Source of the DNA: a virus
Taxonomy: Duplodnaviria > Heunggongvirae > Uroviricota > Caudoviricetes
Virus record (IMG/VR): IMGVR_UViG_3300036768_001066
DNA length: 64,000 bases
Strand: one strand, 5' to 3'
Under the pieces are notes generated by a model. It did not search any database and was not told the DNA's origin. It was given only the letters and a program-made list of their open reading frames with translations. The position numbers and the translations under genes are program-made. This document shows positions 8,820-17,063 of the stretch, piece by piece; position 1 is the first letter of the stretch; every line of letters starts with the position of its first letter.

Positions 8820-9347
8820 TTAGCTCATTTCCTCCTGTTTGACCGCGTCCCACATCGCGTGCTCCACGACAAACGGATTAACCTTGAGATACGCCTCCCT
8901 TGAAGATGTGGCCTGAACTCCTTTCACCACGTCAACCAGTTCGCCCACGCCAGAGTACAACAGCACGTTGTACATGCTGCTCTCGGTGTTCCTGCTGTAT
9001 ACAACGTGCGGATTGTCCGACCTGTCGATGTGGAGCACATCCACGTCCACGACCTCCTTGACGTGTACCTTCAGTTTGCGCTTCGCAAAATAAGCGCCCT
9101 TGGCCGGTATCGTTATATTGAACGGTCCAATGCACTGGGGGTTGTGTCCGTCGTCCACGATGATGTTGAACTCCATATAGTAGTCCTCGTCGTGTATCAG
9201 CTTGGACTCCTTGACTTTCCGCATCTTATATCGCTTGAGTCTCCACGTGCGGAACTGGTCCCGGATCTTTATTAGAAATCCGGGTGCGAGGTATGTCCAG
9301 AAAATTTCGGACAGATTTGGTACCTTATCTTTCGGTGATAGTTCCAT
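8820..9347 (-). CDS. hypothetical protein (175 aa)
   Basis: Co-oriented ORF. Overlaps the downstream HAD-like gene start. No motif recognised. Confidence 0.45.
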   Translation of the reverse strand: MELSPKDKVPNLSEIFWTYLAPGFLIKIRDQFRTWRLKRYKMRKVKESKLIHDEDYYMEFNIIVDDGHNPQCIGPFNITIPAKGAYFAKRKLKVHVKEVVDVDVLHIDRSDNPHVVYSRNTESSMYNVLLYSGVGELVDVVKGVQATSSREAYLKVNPFVVEHAMWDAVKQEEMS

Positions 9348-9861
9348 TCGGCATAACTTGAAGTATCCTTACCGTCATAGGAGACCCCCATGCTCTCCAG
9401 TCCTCGCGCATGGTGAGATAGTGCTGGATCTGGTCCTCCATGTCGTCGAGCACTATAATGTCAACGGGGTGAAATCCCTTGCCCCTGAGTTCCTCGAGAA
9501 AATATGACAGCCGTTGGGGCTTGGTCTGTCTCCCCTTCTCCGTGTCACCGAATGACTTGTTGTCGAACTTTACACCATGCTTGTCGAGATGGAACTGCAA
9601 CAGGTCCTCGAGTTTGGCGAGCCTGTTCGTCATCATTATCATTTGCGCCTCTGCGGCAACGGCCTCTCGATAGTGAGCGAGTACGGCCTCGTTCGGCTTA
9701 ATATCAAACTCCTGGTGCAAGCTTTCTCTCTTGCTCCACCATCCCTTATGTGGGTAGGCTTGTCCGAACTGTCTTTCGTACATTGCCTTGCCTTCCTCAG
9801 GCTCCGGCGATTGCATCAACGTTCCGTCGAAATCAAATACGTATACTTTTGTTTTTTTCAT
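9325..9861 (-). CDS. HAD-like hydrolase/phosphatase
   Basis: Motif I VYVFDFDGTL at the N-terminus. Later IIVLDDMEDQ resembles motif IV (DD). Confidence 0.55.
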   Translation of the reverse strand: MKKTKVYVFDFDGTLMQSPEPEEGKAMYERQFGQAYPHKGWWSKRESLHQEFDIKPNEAVLAHYREAVAAEAQMIMMTNRLAKLEDLLQFHLDKHGVKFDNKSFGDTEKGRQTKPQRLSYFLEELRGKGFHPVDIIVLDDMEDQIQHYLTMREDWRAWGSPMTVRILQVMPNGTITER

Positions 9862-10070
9862 TTTCTAAACGATAGGATCATTATGTATGACATCATAATA
9901 GCGAAGCCGGCTATGGCAATCGGGGCTATTGTCGGGGTGAATACCGCGAACCAATTCCACTCACCTATCGAGCCGACATCAAGAAGCTTAAGAATAACAA
10001 GTATTATCTGGGCTATAACCAATATGAGTAGAGTCAGCCCAAGTAAGAAATCTATATCCCGTTGCTTCAT
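9858..10070 (-). CDS. small membrane protein (70 aa, two predicted TM helices)
   Basis: Hydrophobic segments LLGLTLLILVIAQIILVILKLL and FAVFTPTIAPIAIAGFAIMMSYIMIL. Its ATG overlaps the stop of the upstream micro-ORF (ATGA). Confidence 0.45.
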   Translation of the reverse strand: MKQRDIDFLLGLTLLILVIAQIILVILKLLDVGSIGEWNWFAVFTPTIAPIAIAGFAIMMSYIMILSFRK

Positions 10071-10207
10071 CTATCAAAGATAGCAACTAATATAATTATG
10101 ATGTGCATCACCAGGAAGAATATTCCTACCAATGACAGCACCGATGCTGTGGTGCTCGTCTTCGCGCCGTTCTTGGCAAAGTTCTGGATCTTCTCTCTCT
10201 TTATCAT
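10067..10207 (-). CDS. unlisted micro-ORF, 46-aa single-TM peptide
   Basis: ATG at 10207..10205 translates to MIKREKIQNFAKNGAKTSTTASVLSLVGIFFLVMHIIIILVAIFDR then TGA. It is coupled to the genes on both sides by ATGA overlaps (10204-10207 and 10067-10070). Confidence 0.35.
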   Translation of the reverse strand: MIKREKIQNFAKNGAKTSTTASVLSLVGIFFLVMHIIIILVAIFDR

Positions 10208-10437
10208 TGTAATTGGTTTTGATAGAATTCGTCGAGCTTATTCGCCTCCTCCATTGGGAGCAAGTTGAATATAGCCGCATCGTCTGGATCCAGCACGAAT
10301 TTCTCGTCGTCTGGGCAATCCACCATCCCCTGCTTGTCGAGCTTGTAAAACATGACGAAAGAGTCCCACTCCTTCAATCTGATGAGCTCTGCCTTGGTTG
10401 TGACAACCTTCTTGACTCTGAATTCCTGTACGGTCAT
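10204..10437 (-). CDS. hypothetical protein (77 aa)
   Basis: ORF in the co-oriented operon-like array. Acidic C-terminal half. Confidence 0.45.
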   Translation of the reverse strand: MTVQEFRVKKVVTTKAELIRLKEWDSFVMFYKLDKQGMVDCPDDEKFVLDPDDAAIFNLLPMEEANKLDEFYQNQLQ

Positions 10438-10814
10438 AGCAATAAATAATATCGCCTGAACGCGTAAAGGTTTCGGATGTCGGAGTTAATTTTATCGATG
10501 TGGTGCGTTAATAAGCTGCTTATGAGTATCTGTCCGGTCCACACCAGCCGCCTCGAGGCAGCTACGTGTTTCTCGTAGAGTTTAGATATGGACGTTCCCT
10601 CACCATGAAAGTTGTCCAACCGGTTGCGCATGACAACGAACTTGTAACGGACCGGGTCCATTACTATTATCATATCGCATTCCTGGATGAAACGGTGCGG
10701 TATACTCTCGTTAGCCGCTGCCACGAGAAGAGTCAGGCGGCTCCCGAGGCCGTCGCTACCGACAACGTACTTGCGCCCTTCGGTATCATAATATGTCTTC
10801 TTCTCGTTAAACAT
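10434..10814 (-). CDS. hypothetical protein (126 aa)
   Basis: ORF whose start overlaps the upstream stop. No motif recognised. Confidence 0.45.
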   Translation of the reverse strand: MFNEKKTYYDTEGRKYVVGSDGLGSRLTLLVAAANESIPHRFIQECDMIIVMDPVRYKFVVMRNRLDNFHGEGTSISKLYEKHVAASRRLVWTGQILISSLLTHHIDKINSDIRNLYAFRRYYLLL

Positions 10815-11266
10815 TACGCGAGCACTTCTTTGAGCATTTTACTTACGAGGCTCATATCCGCGAGACCCTTGAATTTCTTCGAGAACTCGCCCATGGCTTT
10901 GCCTATGACAGCGTTCGGATTTCCACTCTTGCCCCCAACAGCCACAACTATGCATTCGAGCTCTTTGCGGATCTCATCTTCGGTCATCTGCTTCGGCAAG
11001 AACTTGTCGATATACTCCCGGATCACGGCAAGCTCGCGCCTCTCAGCTTCTGCGCGCTCGTTATCTGCGGCCAAAACAAATGCCTCTATGGACATCTTTC
11101 TCTGTGACTCAAGCGCCCGCAGAATCTTGGACTTGTCGATTTCCTGCCCCGGATTAGCTTTCTCATAATTAGTAACTGCAGTGTTTATAGACCTGATGGT
11201 CTCGAGCCTAAATTTATCACCGCTCTTCATTGCCGCTTTCAAATCGGCCATTATTGTCTCTTTCAT
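10814..11266 (-). CDS. GatB/YqeY-domain protein
   Basis: LKAAMKSGDKFRLETIRSINTAV ... QRKMSIEAFVLAADNERAEAERRELAVIREYIDKFLPKQMTEDEIRKEL ... GKAMGEFSKKFKGLADMSLVSKMLKEVL matches the YqeY/GatB C-terminal domain pattern. The start is taken at the internal ATG (11266) because the longer ORF would overlap the upstream gene by 80 nt. Confidence 0.65.
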   Translation of the reverse strand: MKETIMADLKAAMKSGDKFRLETIRSINTAVTNYEKANPGQEIDKSKILRALESQRKMSIEAFVLAADNERAEAERRELAVIREYIDKFLPKQMTEDEIRKELECIVVAVGGKSGNPNAVIGKAMGEFSKKFKGLADMSLVSKMLKEVLA

Positions 11267-11285
11267 TTCAAATTTTGTATTAAAG

Positions 11286-12200
11286 TTAATCACCGCCGCC
11301 GCCGCATCCGCCGCCGCCACACGAACTACCACACGAACTCGATCCGCCGCCGCCCGAATCCCCTCCACCTGATGATGAGGAACAACTGCTTGAACAACTG
11401 CTGTGACTTGAACAACTGCTGTGACTATGTCCGGAACACGACGAAGAACAGCTCGATATTATTGGTGACGACGAGCATCCACTATTGTTATTATCGTCAT
11501 CTTTCTTCTTTTTTTTACTCGAACACGATGAGTAGGATCTCGTGTACGAAGAGCTTCCGTACGAAGAACCGTAACTCTTGGAATTTCTGGAATTGGAACG
11601 CCTGTTGTTTCTGACGATTGAATTTATTATAGCGGCAACAATAACCCCGCCAAGTATCAACCCTAAAACGAGCATCCATGCTGTGCCGGATGTCATCAAC
11701 AGAACAGAGGAAATTCCGAGAACTGCCCTGACTCCGTTCGCGAACTTCGAGCGTTTTCTGACAGTGTCTACTATAATTTGACGCTCGTCACGCACAACCT
11801 CGTCGCCGCCCCAGATGTCAGATGGCGGAGTCTGTCCGAATTCCACCACGTAGGCTTCCTTAGTTTCCTTGTACACATCACGGAATTTAGCTTCTGCCAC
11901 CTCATTACCGTCACCTGGATTGTGGTGAATCTCGGTTCCGAGAATCCCTGCGCAGAGGTCCTTCCAGTATGATTTGGTATATTGCAGGTGCAGGTGCCAA
12001 ACCTCATCTATGCGTTTGGATGGAGTGACCTCCATAATTGTAGCCAAATACATGAACTTCTTGTATTCTTCAAATGCACGCGCAGCAAGCTCCATGCTCC
12101 ACCCGTTCTCCTTAGCGAGCTTCTTCAAGAAGCTGCGAGGAGCGCTATTGTCGTCCACCATGAACGACGCGAGCTTATCCCAGAGTTGTTTGTTTTTCAT
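11286..12200 (-). CDS. membrane protein: N-terminal conserved domain (WHLHLQYTKSYW motif), one TM helix, Ser/Cys/Gly-rich C-terminal tail
   Basis: TM segment VLGISSVLLMTSGTAWMLVLGLILGGVIVAAII. The tail is CSSSCSGHSHSSCSSHSSCSSSCSSSSGGGDSGGGGSSSCGSSCGGGGCGGGGD. The neighbouring TPM-domain protein has the same tail architecture. Confidence 0.55.
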   Translation of the reverse strand: MKNKQLWDKLASFMVDDNSAPRSFLKKLAKENGWSMELAARAFEEYKKFMYLATIMEVTPSKRIDEVWHLHLQYTKSYWKDLCAGILGTEIHHNPGDGNEVAEAKFRDVYKETKEAYVVEFGQTPPSDIWGGDEVVRDERQIIVDTVRKRSKFANGVRAVLGISSVLLMTSGTAWMLVLGLILGGVIVAAIINSIVRNNRRSNSRNSKSYGSSYGSSSYTRSYSSCSSKKKKKDDDNNNSGCSSSPIISSCSSSCSGHSHSSCSSHSSCSSSCSSSSGGGDSGGGGSSSCGSSCGGGGCGGGGD

Positions 12201-12220
12201 ATTAGGTTTTTAATAATTTT

Positions 12221-13942
12221 TTACCAATCTCCACTCGAGCTCCCACATCCAGAACTACAATCACCAAACGACGATGATGAACAGCTCGACGATGAACAGC
12301 TGCTCGAACCGAAGGAAGAACCGAACGATGAAGAAGAGCTGTTGCGTCTACGCCTGCGTTCCTCTTCCTCCCGCTTACGCTTAGCGTCAGAAATATCGGA
12401 ATCCATGGCCCTGTACGCCGAGTCAAATGCCGACAGTATAGCAAGCGCAGCTGCAGCGTCGACAAGCGGATGGCCCGTTTTTGTGAACCCCGCGTACTTG
12501 GTCTTAGCTTCGGTGAGTTTGCGCTTGGACGAGGATTCCACGTCAGAATCTTTAGACAGACGTTCCGCCTTAGTTATTTTGTTCTTGATGTCGGTTTCAA
12601 AATCCGTCATAACTTTCTCGGCCTTGTTCAATGAGTCTCTTAACTCATAAGGCGAACGTAAGTACGAATTAGACCTGCACAGTATAGAGGTCGCAGAGGT
12701 CGCACACTCGCGTGCCTGTGATATTTTACTGTCCTTCAGAAAATTGACGGCCTTCTCGTACAAGCGCTCGGCCTCCTTGAGATTGCTGTCGATGTACGAA
12801 GGTTCCTTCATGCGGCCGTCCCACACTTCACGCTTGTACTTCTTGGTGATCGAGTCGTACACAACTTTCGCGTCAAGCTGCTGCGATCTAAGCACTCCCG
12901 TCATCCGTGCAATAGAGTTTACCGCATGTTCAGTCTCTGTCGCGTTCTTCATCTTCACTTCATACTCGTGAATCGCATGTGTGGATTCCTTGACGATGTA
13001 TTTCAACCTGGTAAGAGTCTCCTGGAGTTCGAACTCTATGTCGCTGAGCTCCACAACCTCACGGTCAATCTCTTCACAGTCGGTGTTGAACACCTTCCGC
13101 ATGTTGGCCTGGCCGATGTCGTACTTGAATGATTCTATTATAGCTACCGTCGGCTCTGTGTTCCTCTTAAATTTCTTTAACTCGAGAATGTCAGACTTCA
13201 GCTTGGCAACTCTGGCCTTGCGAGCCGCTTCCTCGCGCTCTACCCGTTCGCGTTCCTCGCGCTCGCGTCTCTTTTTGCGGCGGTCGAGTGCTATCAGCAA
13301 TACGATGAAACCTATTATACCTGCAGCCCCAAGAAACCACATAAGGCCGTTGAGAAACGCCTCTTGTCTACGTTCGCTCTCTATCCTGTCTCTCTCCGCC
13401 TGTGCAGCCTGCTCGGCAGCAATTTCGGCCTGAGTCTTCTTATAGTTGGCAAGCATCAACTCGAACTTCTCGTTGCCAAGTTTGGCCATGAAGTCGCTTA
13501 ATAACGCATCCATGCCCTCGTAATATTTTTTCTGCTTGAAGTTCGGTTTAAGCAAGGCGTCACCGCGTCCCTTCGTGTAATAATCGGTCAAGAAAGGCTC
13601 AAGACCGTATCCGACCTCTATACGCCATTTCCTCTCCTTTGCACAAACCAGGAGAAGCAAACCGTTGTTGAGTTTCTTGTCGCCAATGCCCCACTTCTTG
13701 AACAGTTTGTTTCCGTAATCGGCCACATCGTATCCGTCGAGTGTCGGGACAATGGCTATGGCGAATTCGGTGGTAGTCTTCGCCCTGTAGTCGCGTATTT
13801 TCTGATCAAGAGCCACTCTCTCCTCGTACTGGAGGAGGTTGTCAAGGTCTGTCACGTAAAGTCGCGGGTCCTTTTCCGGAAGCTTTTGCGCCCACGCGAC
13901 CGCGTTAAGCAGCACCAGAAGTATCGATATAACTTTGCGCAT
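12221..13942 (-). CDS. TPM-domain (YgcG/TLP18.3-like) membrane protein with coiled coil and Ser/Cys/Gly-rich tail
   Basis: Signal peptide MRKVISILLVLLNAVAWA. TPM block YVTDLDNLL...IAIVPTLDGYDVADYGNKLFKKWGIGDKKLNNGLLLLVCAKERKWRIEVGYGLE. TM LMWFLGAAGIIGFIVLLIAL. Charged coiled-coil region. Tail SSSSSFGSSFGSSSCSSSSCSSSSFGDCSSGCGSSSGDW. Confidence 0.7.
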   Translation of the reverse strand: MRKVISILLVLLNAVAWAQKLPEKDPRLYVTDLDNLLQYEERVALDQKIRDYRAKTTTEFAIAIVPTLDGYDVADYGNKLFKKWGIGDKKLNNGLLLLVCAKERKWRIEVGYGLEPFLTDYYTKGRGDALLKPNFKQKKYYEGMDALLSDFMAKLGNEKFELMLANYKKTQAEIAAEQAAQAERDRIESERRQEAFLNGLMWFLGAAGIIGFIVLLIALDRRKKRREREERERVEREEAARKARVAKLKSDILELKKFKRNTEPTVAIIESFKYDIGQANMRKVFNTDCEEIDREVVELSDIEFELQETLTRLKYIVKESTHAIHEYEVKMKNATETEHAVNSIARMTGVLRSQQLDAKVVYDSITKKYKREVWDGRMKEPSYIDSNLKEAERLYEKAVNFLKDSKISQARECATSATSILCRSNSYLRSPYELRDSLNKAEKVMTDFETDIKNKITKAERLSKDSDVESSSKRKLTEAKTKYAGFTKTGHPLVDAAAALAILSAFDSAYRAMDSDISDAKRKREEEERRRRRNSSSSSFGSSFGSSSCSSSSCSSSSFGDCSSGCGSSSGDW

Positions 13943-13943
13943 T

Positions 13944-14441
13944 TTATCTAATTTTTAAGTTCAGCTCGTCATACGGATCGATTGCAGGCTCGAGCATCGA
14001 CATGGCGGTCTCGAGATCCGCGTACCATCTGAGTATCTTCACGTAATGAGAAGGTAAGAATTTACTTAGGTCCGCGTGCTGCATGACGAGCAAAATTTCC
14101 GAAGACTGTGTCTCCTTATCGCATGCCTCAAATTCTGCCGCGCTCCTTACGCTTGAACCAGATTGTTTAAGATTCCATATACTCTCGAATACCGTGGCCA
14201 CGGTGACTATGTTCGGATCGGAGAATCCGCCAGGTGGCGGTTTAAATTCTGGTAGAGTTGTTGATATTCTTATAGATTCTATCGGGGATAAGTCGGACGT
14301 CTTCGCCCTGACCGTCTGCTTTGGATTCACCAGCTTGGACATAACGGCTATGCCCATAGCCGCGCTGTAGCTCTTTATCTTCCACAGGCCAGGTTGCCCC
14401 GATACGGTGAATACTTCTCTTAGGCTGAATGGTTCTATCAT
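13944..14441 (-). CDS. hypothetical protein (165 aa)
   Basis: Co-oriented ORF. No motif recognised. Confidence 0.45.
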   Translation of the reverse strand: MIEPFSLREVFTVSGQPGLWKIKSYSAAMGIAVMSKLVNPKQTVRAKTSDLSPIESIRISTTLPEFKPPPGGFSDPNIVTVATVFESIWNLKQSGSSVRSAAEFEACDKETQSSEILLVMQHADLSKFLPSHYVKILRWYADLETAMSMLEPAIDPYDELNLKIR

Positions 14442-14574
14442 TTTGATACCAGGATGTCCATTTACGTTTTGTATTAGTTGTGGTTCTCTGCGAACTTCAC
14501 TTTATTCTCGAGCGACATGTTGTCCCATCCTTCCGGTTTCGTTGTTTGTTCCTCCTGTGTCTTGAGCGACTTCA

Positions 14575-15478
14575 TCATCTTGTGCACGAGCGCTCGATCT
14601 GCATCTGGTGGTACGCCTCGTTGGACAGTATGGTCTCTTCCGGATTGTCGTTGAACCAGTTCTCCTTGAATTTTTCCGCCGCTGCTTGGTCAACTACGAA
14701 CACGTTATCCACTTTATTGAGATTGATAACTGCCTGGACCTTGTCCGAATCATAGTGCCAGTTGTGATTATCCACTTTTCCGTCACCCCACTCTATCCCG
14801 CAGTAGATGAACCCGTCGTTCATCAGGCTGGCGTACTGATGATTCTTAGGCGGGGACACGCTCAAATCGAGCAACCTCCGACTCCCGTCTGTGCCATAAT
14901 TCCCATTGTGCTCCTTGCTCCTAATCCTGTTGGCCGTATCTCGGCTCACCGATGACGTGAATCGTGAACCTGCGAATATCGCATCGTGAACCTGCGAATA
15001 TCGCATTCGTGAGGTATGTCGGGTTCGGCTCGGCAAACAAGAAATGATCCACAACTTGCACTGGGTGGGACTCGATGTAGTCGAGCACATCGTAAAGGCC
15101 CTCGAGCATCTGTTTCTCCACGTACTGCAACTTGTACTCCGTTGGTTCAAACTCGCTGCCGCTCGGAAAATGACCGCGCCCCGCGTCATCGGTCGCGGTG
15201 AATATATCCCTGGTGTCAAAGTTGTACTGTAGCACGATCCTCGACTTACCGTCCATCTTGCGGTGAAAACGCTTTCCGTTTACGAACTCATTGCGATCCT
15301 TATCCCAATCATCACCACAATACACCTCCAGAGAGCCAGAGCCGTCCTCGTGCAGGCACATCTCCATGCCGCGCACGCGCATGGACCAGGAATTGATCAT
15401 GACGTCGGCGCATAGCCTGGGGTCGGTTTTTATTCTGGAGACTCTAAGCACGTGCTTATTTTTTATCAATATCGACAT
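14575..15478 (-). pseudogene. hypothetical protein gene split by a 22-bp perfect tandem duplication
   Basis: ORFs 14921-15511 and 14575-15219 overlap in different frames. Both encode the peptide AIFAGSR across the two copies of CGTGAACCTGCGAATATCGCAT (14963-14984 and 14985-15006). Removing one copy joins ...PNPTYLTNAIFAGSR to FTSSVSRDTANRIRSKEHNGNYGTDG... into a single ~300-aa ORF. The N-terminal half of ORF 14575-15219 is Arg/Ser/Cys-rich out-of-frame junk. Confidence 0.5.
14963..15006. repeat. 22-bp perfect tandem duplication (x2) inside a coding region
   Basis: CGTGAACCTGCGAATATCGCAT appears twice back-to-back. The length is not a multiple of 3, so it produces a frameshift. Confidence 0.8.
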
Positions 15479-15662
15479 CGTAAATGAATTCGACGGAGAT
15501 GCCAGGCACATTCCAGTTGCGCATTGATAGCGCGTCCTCGATACGCTTGCGCATGTCGTTGATGCGCTCAGTCAAGCAGTCTCCCTTGAACTCATAATGA
15601 AGCTTGTTGCCGTTTAGGCTACTGAGAGTAGCATCTTTGTCTTCCAGTTTAAAAAATCTCAT
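15456..15662 (-). CDS. hypothetical protein (68 aa)
   Basis: ORF whose 3' end overlaps the start of the disrupted downstream gene. Plausible composition, no motif recognised. Confidence 0.4.
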   Translation of the reverse strand: MRFFKLEDKDATLSSLNGNKLHYEFKGDCLTERINDMRKRIEDALSMRNWNVPGISVEFIYDVDIDKK

Positions 15663-15849
15663 GGTTCGTGCAATTTTATTCCGTTAACGTTTGTCTCTCC
15701 GGCGATAGCTTCTCAAAATGCTGGAACCTGTATTTTCCGGTTGTAGTGGTCTCTGGCACTTGTTGATGGTGGCAAGGGCCACCATCGAAATCGTCCGCAC
15801 CCCTGTAGACATACAGCAGACGAAAATCTTTGGCGTACTCCATCATATC

Positions 15850-16980
15850 CTACTTCTTTTTGACGATGTGAGACAACGCGTTTTTCTCATGCAAATTTGC
15901 AATCAACTCGATGTAGGTACCATACTCCGCGATCTCTTCTGCGCTGTAACCTTCGGTTTCACCGATGCTCTTGAAGTTATTTTGCCAATATTTTATAGAG
16001 TATTTCATGCAGCCGATTTGAATCTCATCTGAGCCCCAATACGACACGTGATGTCTTGATCCGTTGAAGCTGAGAGAGCGCACGATAACGCATTCCTCGA
16101 TGCTCGCGCCGTCGCCGATGATCGTGCCGTCGCCGATGATCGCGTACCGGCTGATTTTCGCGTCCCATCCGATGCTCGCGCCGTCGCCGATGATCGCGCC
16201 GTCGCCGATGCTCGCGCACCGGCCGATTTTCGCGCCTTCGCCGATTTTCGCGCCCCGGCCGATGTTCGCGCGGGGGCCGATGCTCGCGCCGTCGCCGATG
16301 ATCGCGCCGTCGCCGATGCTCGCGCGGGGGGCGATGATCGCGCCTTCGCCGATGATCGCGCGGGGGCCGATGTTCGCGCGGGGGGCGATGCTCGCGCCGT
16401 CGCCGATGCTCGCGCCCCGGCCGATGCTCGCGCCCCGGCCGATGTTCGCGCCTTCGCCGATGTTCGTGCGGGGGCCGATGCTCGCGTCCCATCCGATGTT
16501 CGCGCCGTCGCCGATGCTCGCGCCTTCGCCGATGTTCGTGCGGGGGCCGATGATCGCGCCGTCGCCGATGCTCGCGCGTGGGCCGATTTTCGCGCGTGGG
16601 GCGATGCTCGCGCCTTCGCCGATGATCGCGCCGTCGCCGATGATCGCGCCGTCGCCGATGTTCGTGCCCCGGCCGATGCTCGCGCCCCGGCCGATGCTCG
16701 CGCCTTCGCCGATGTTCGTGCGGGGGCCGATGCTCGCGTCCCATCCGATGCTCGCGCCTTCGCCGATGTTCGTGCGGGGGCCGATGCTCGCGCCTTCGCC
16801 GATGCTCGCGCCGTCGCCGATGCTCGCGCCCCGGCCGATGATCGCGCCGTCGCCGATGCTCACGCGCTGGCCGATGCTAATGCCACGCTTTTTGAACTCA
16901 GCGGAGATGTCGCTGAGTTTATCGTACTCGAATGTTTCCCACCGTGACTTTTCCAGTGTAAAAAGTTTTACCGATTTCAT
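15850..16980 (-). CDS. hexapeptide-repeat (left-handed beta-helix) protein, ~44 consecutive repeats of x-x-[SNIT]-I-G-x
   Basis: Repeats of the form GASIGD / GASIGP / RTNIGE / GASIGW / DASIGP fill ~270 aa, between a short N-terminal region (MKSVKLFTLEKSRWETFEYDKL...) and an ~80-aa non-repeat C-terminal domain. The start is set at the internal ATG 16980 because the longer ORF would overlap the upstream gene. The repeat DNA is visibly GC-richer than the flanks and has strict 18-bp periodicity. Confidence 0.7.
   Translation of the reverse strand: MKSVKLFTLEKSRWETFEYDKLSDISAEFKKRGISIGQRVSIGDGAIIGRGASIGDGASIGEGASIGPRTNIGEGASIGWDASIGPRTNIGEGASIGRGASIGRGTNIGDGAIIGDGAIIGEGASIAPRAKIGPRASIGDGAIIGPRTNIGEGASIGDGANIGWDASIGPRTNIGEGANIGRGASIGRGASIGDGASIAPRANIGPRAIIGEGAIIAPRASIGDGAIIGDGASIGPRANIGRGAKIGEGAKIGRCASIGDGAIIGDGASIGWDAKISRYAIIGDGTIIGDGASIEECVIVRSLSFNGSRHHVSYWGSDEIQIGCMKYSIKYWQNNFKSIGETEGYSAEEIAEYGTYIELIANLHEKNALSHIVKKK
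16064..16900. repeat. 18-bp periodic coding repeat array (GC-rich) underlying the hexapeptide-repeat gene
   Basis: Iterations of cgccgatgctcgcgcc[n]. The spurious long ORFs in other frames (16025-16744 minus, 16064-17140 plus) come from this periodicity. Confidence 0.7.
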
Positions 16981-17063
16981 CCTTATTGGTTTTATTGTAC
17001 AAATATACAATGAATATCTGAACGGGCGCTCAGGCCTGTTCAACTGGTCCCAAGTAACAACAT

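Noticed and set aside
16064-16900. Possible CRISPR array suggested by regularly spaced repeats
   Set aside because: Period is 18 bp with no unique spacers. The repeats are in frame, inside a continuous ORF encoding hexapeptide repeats.
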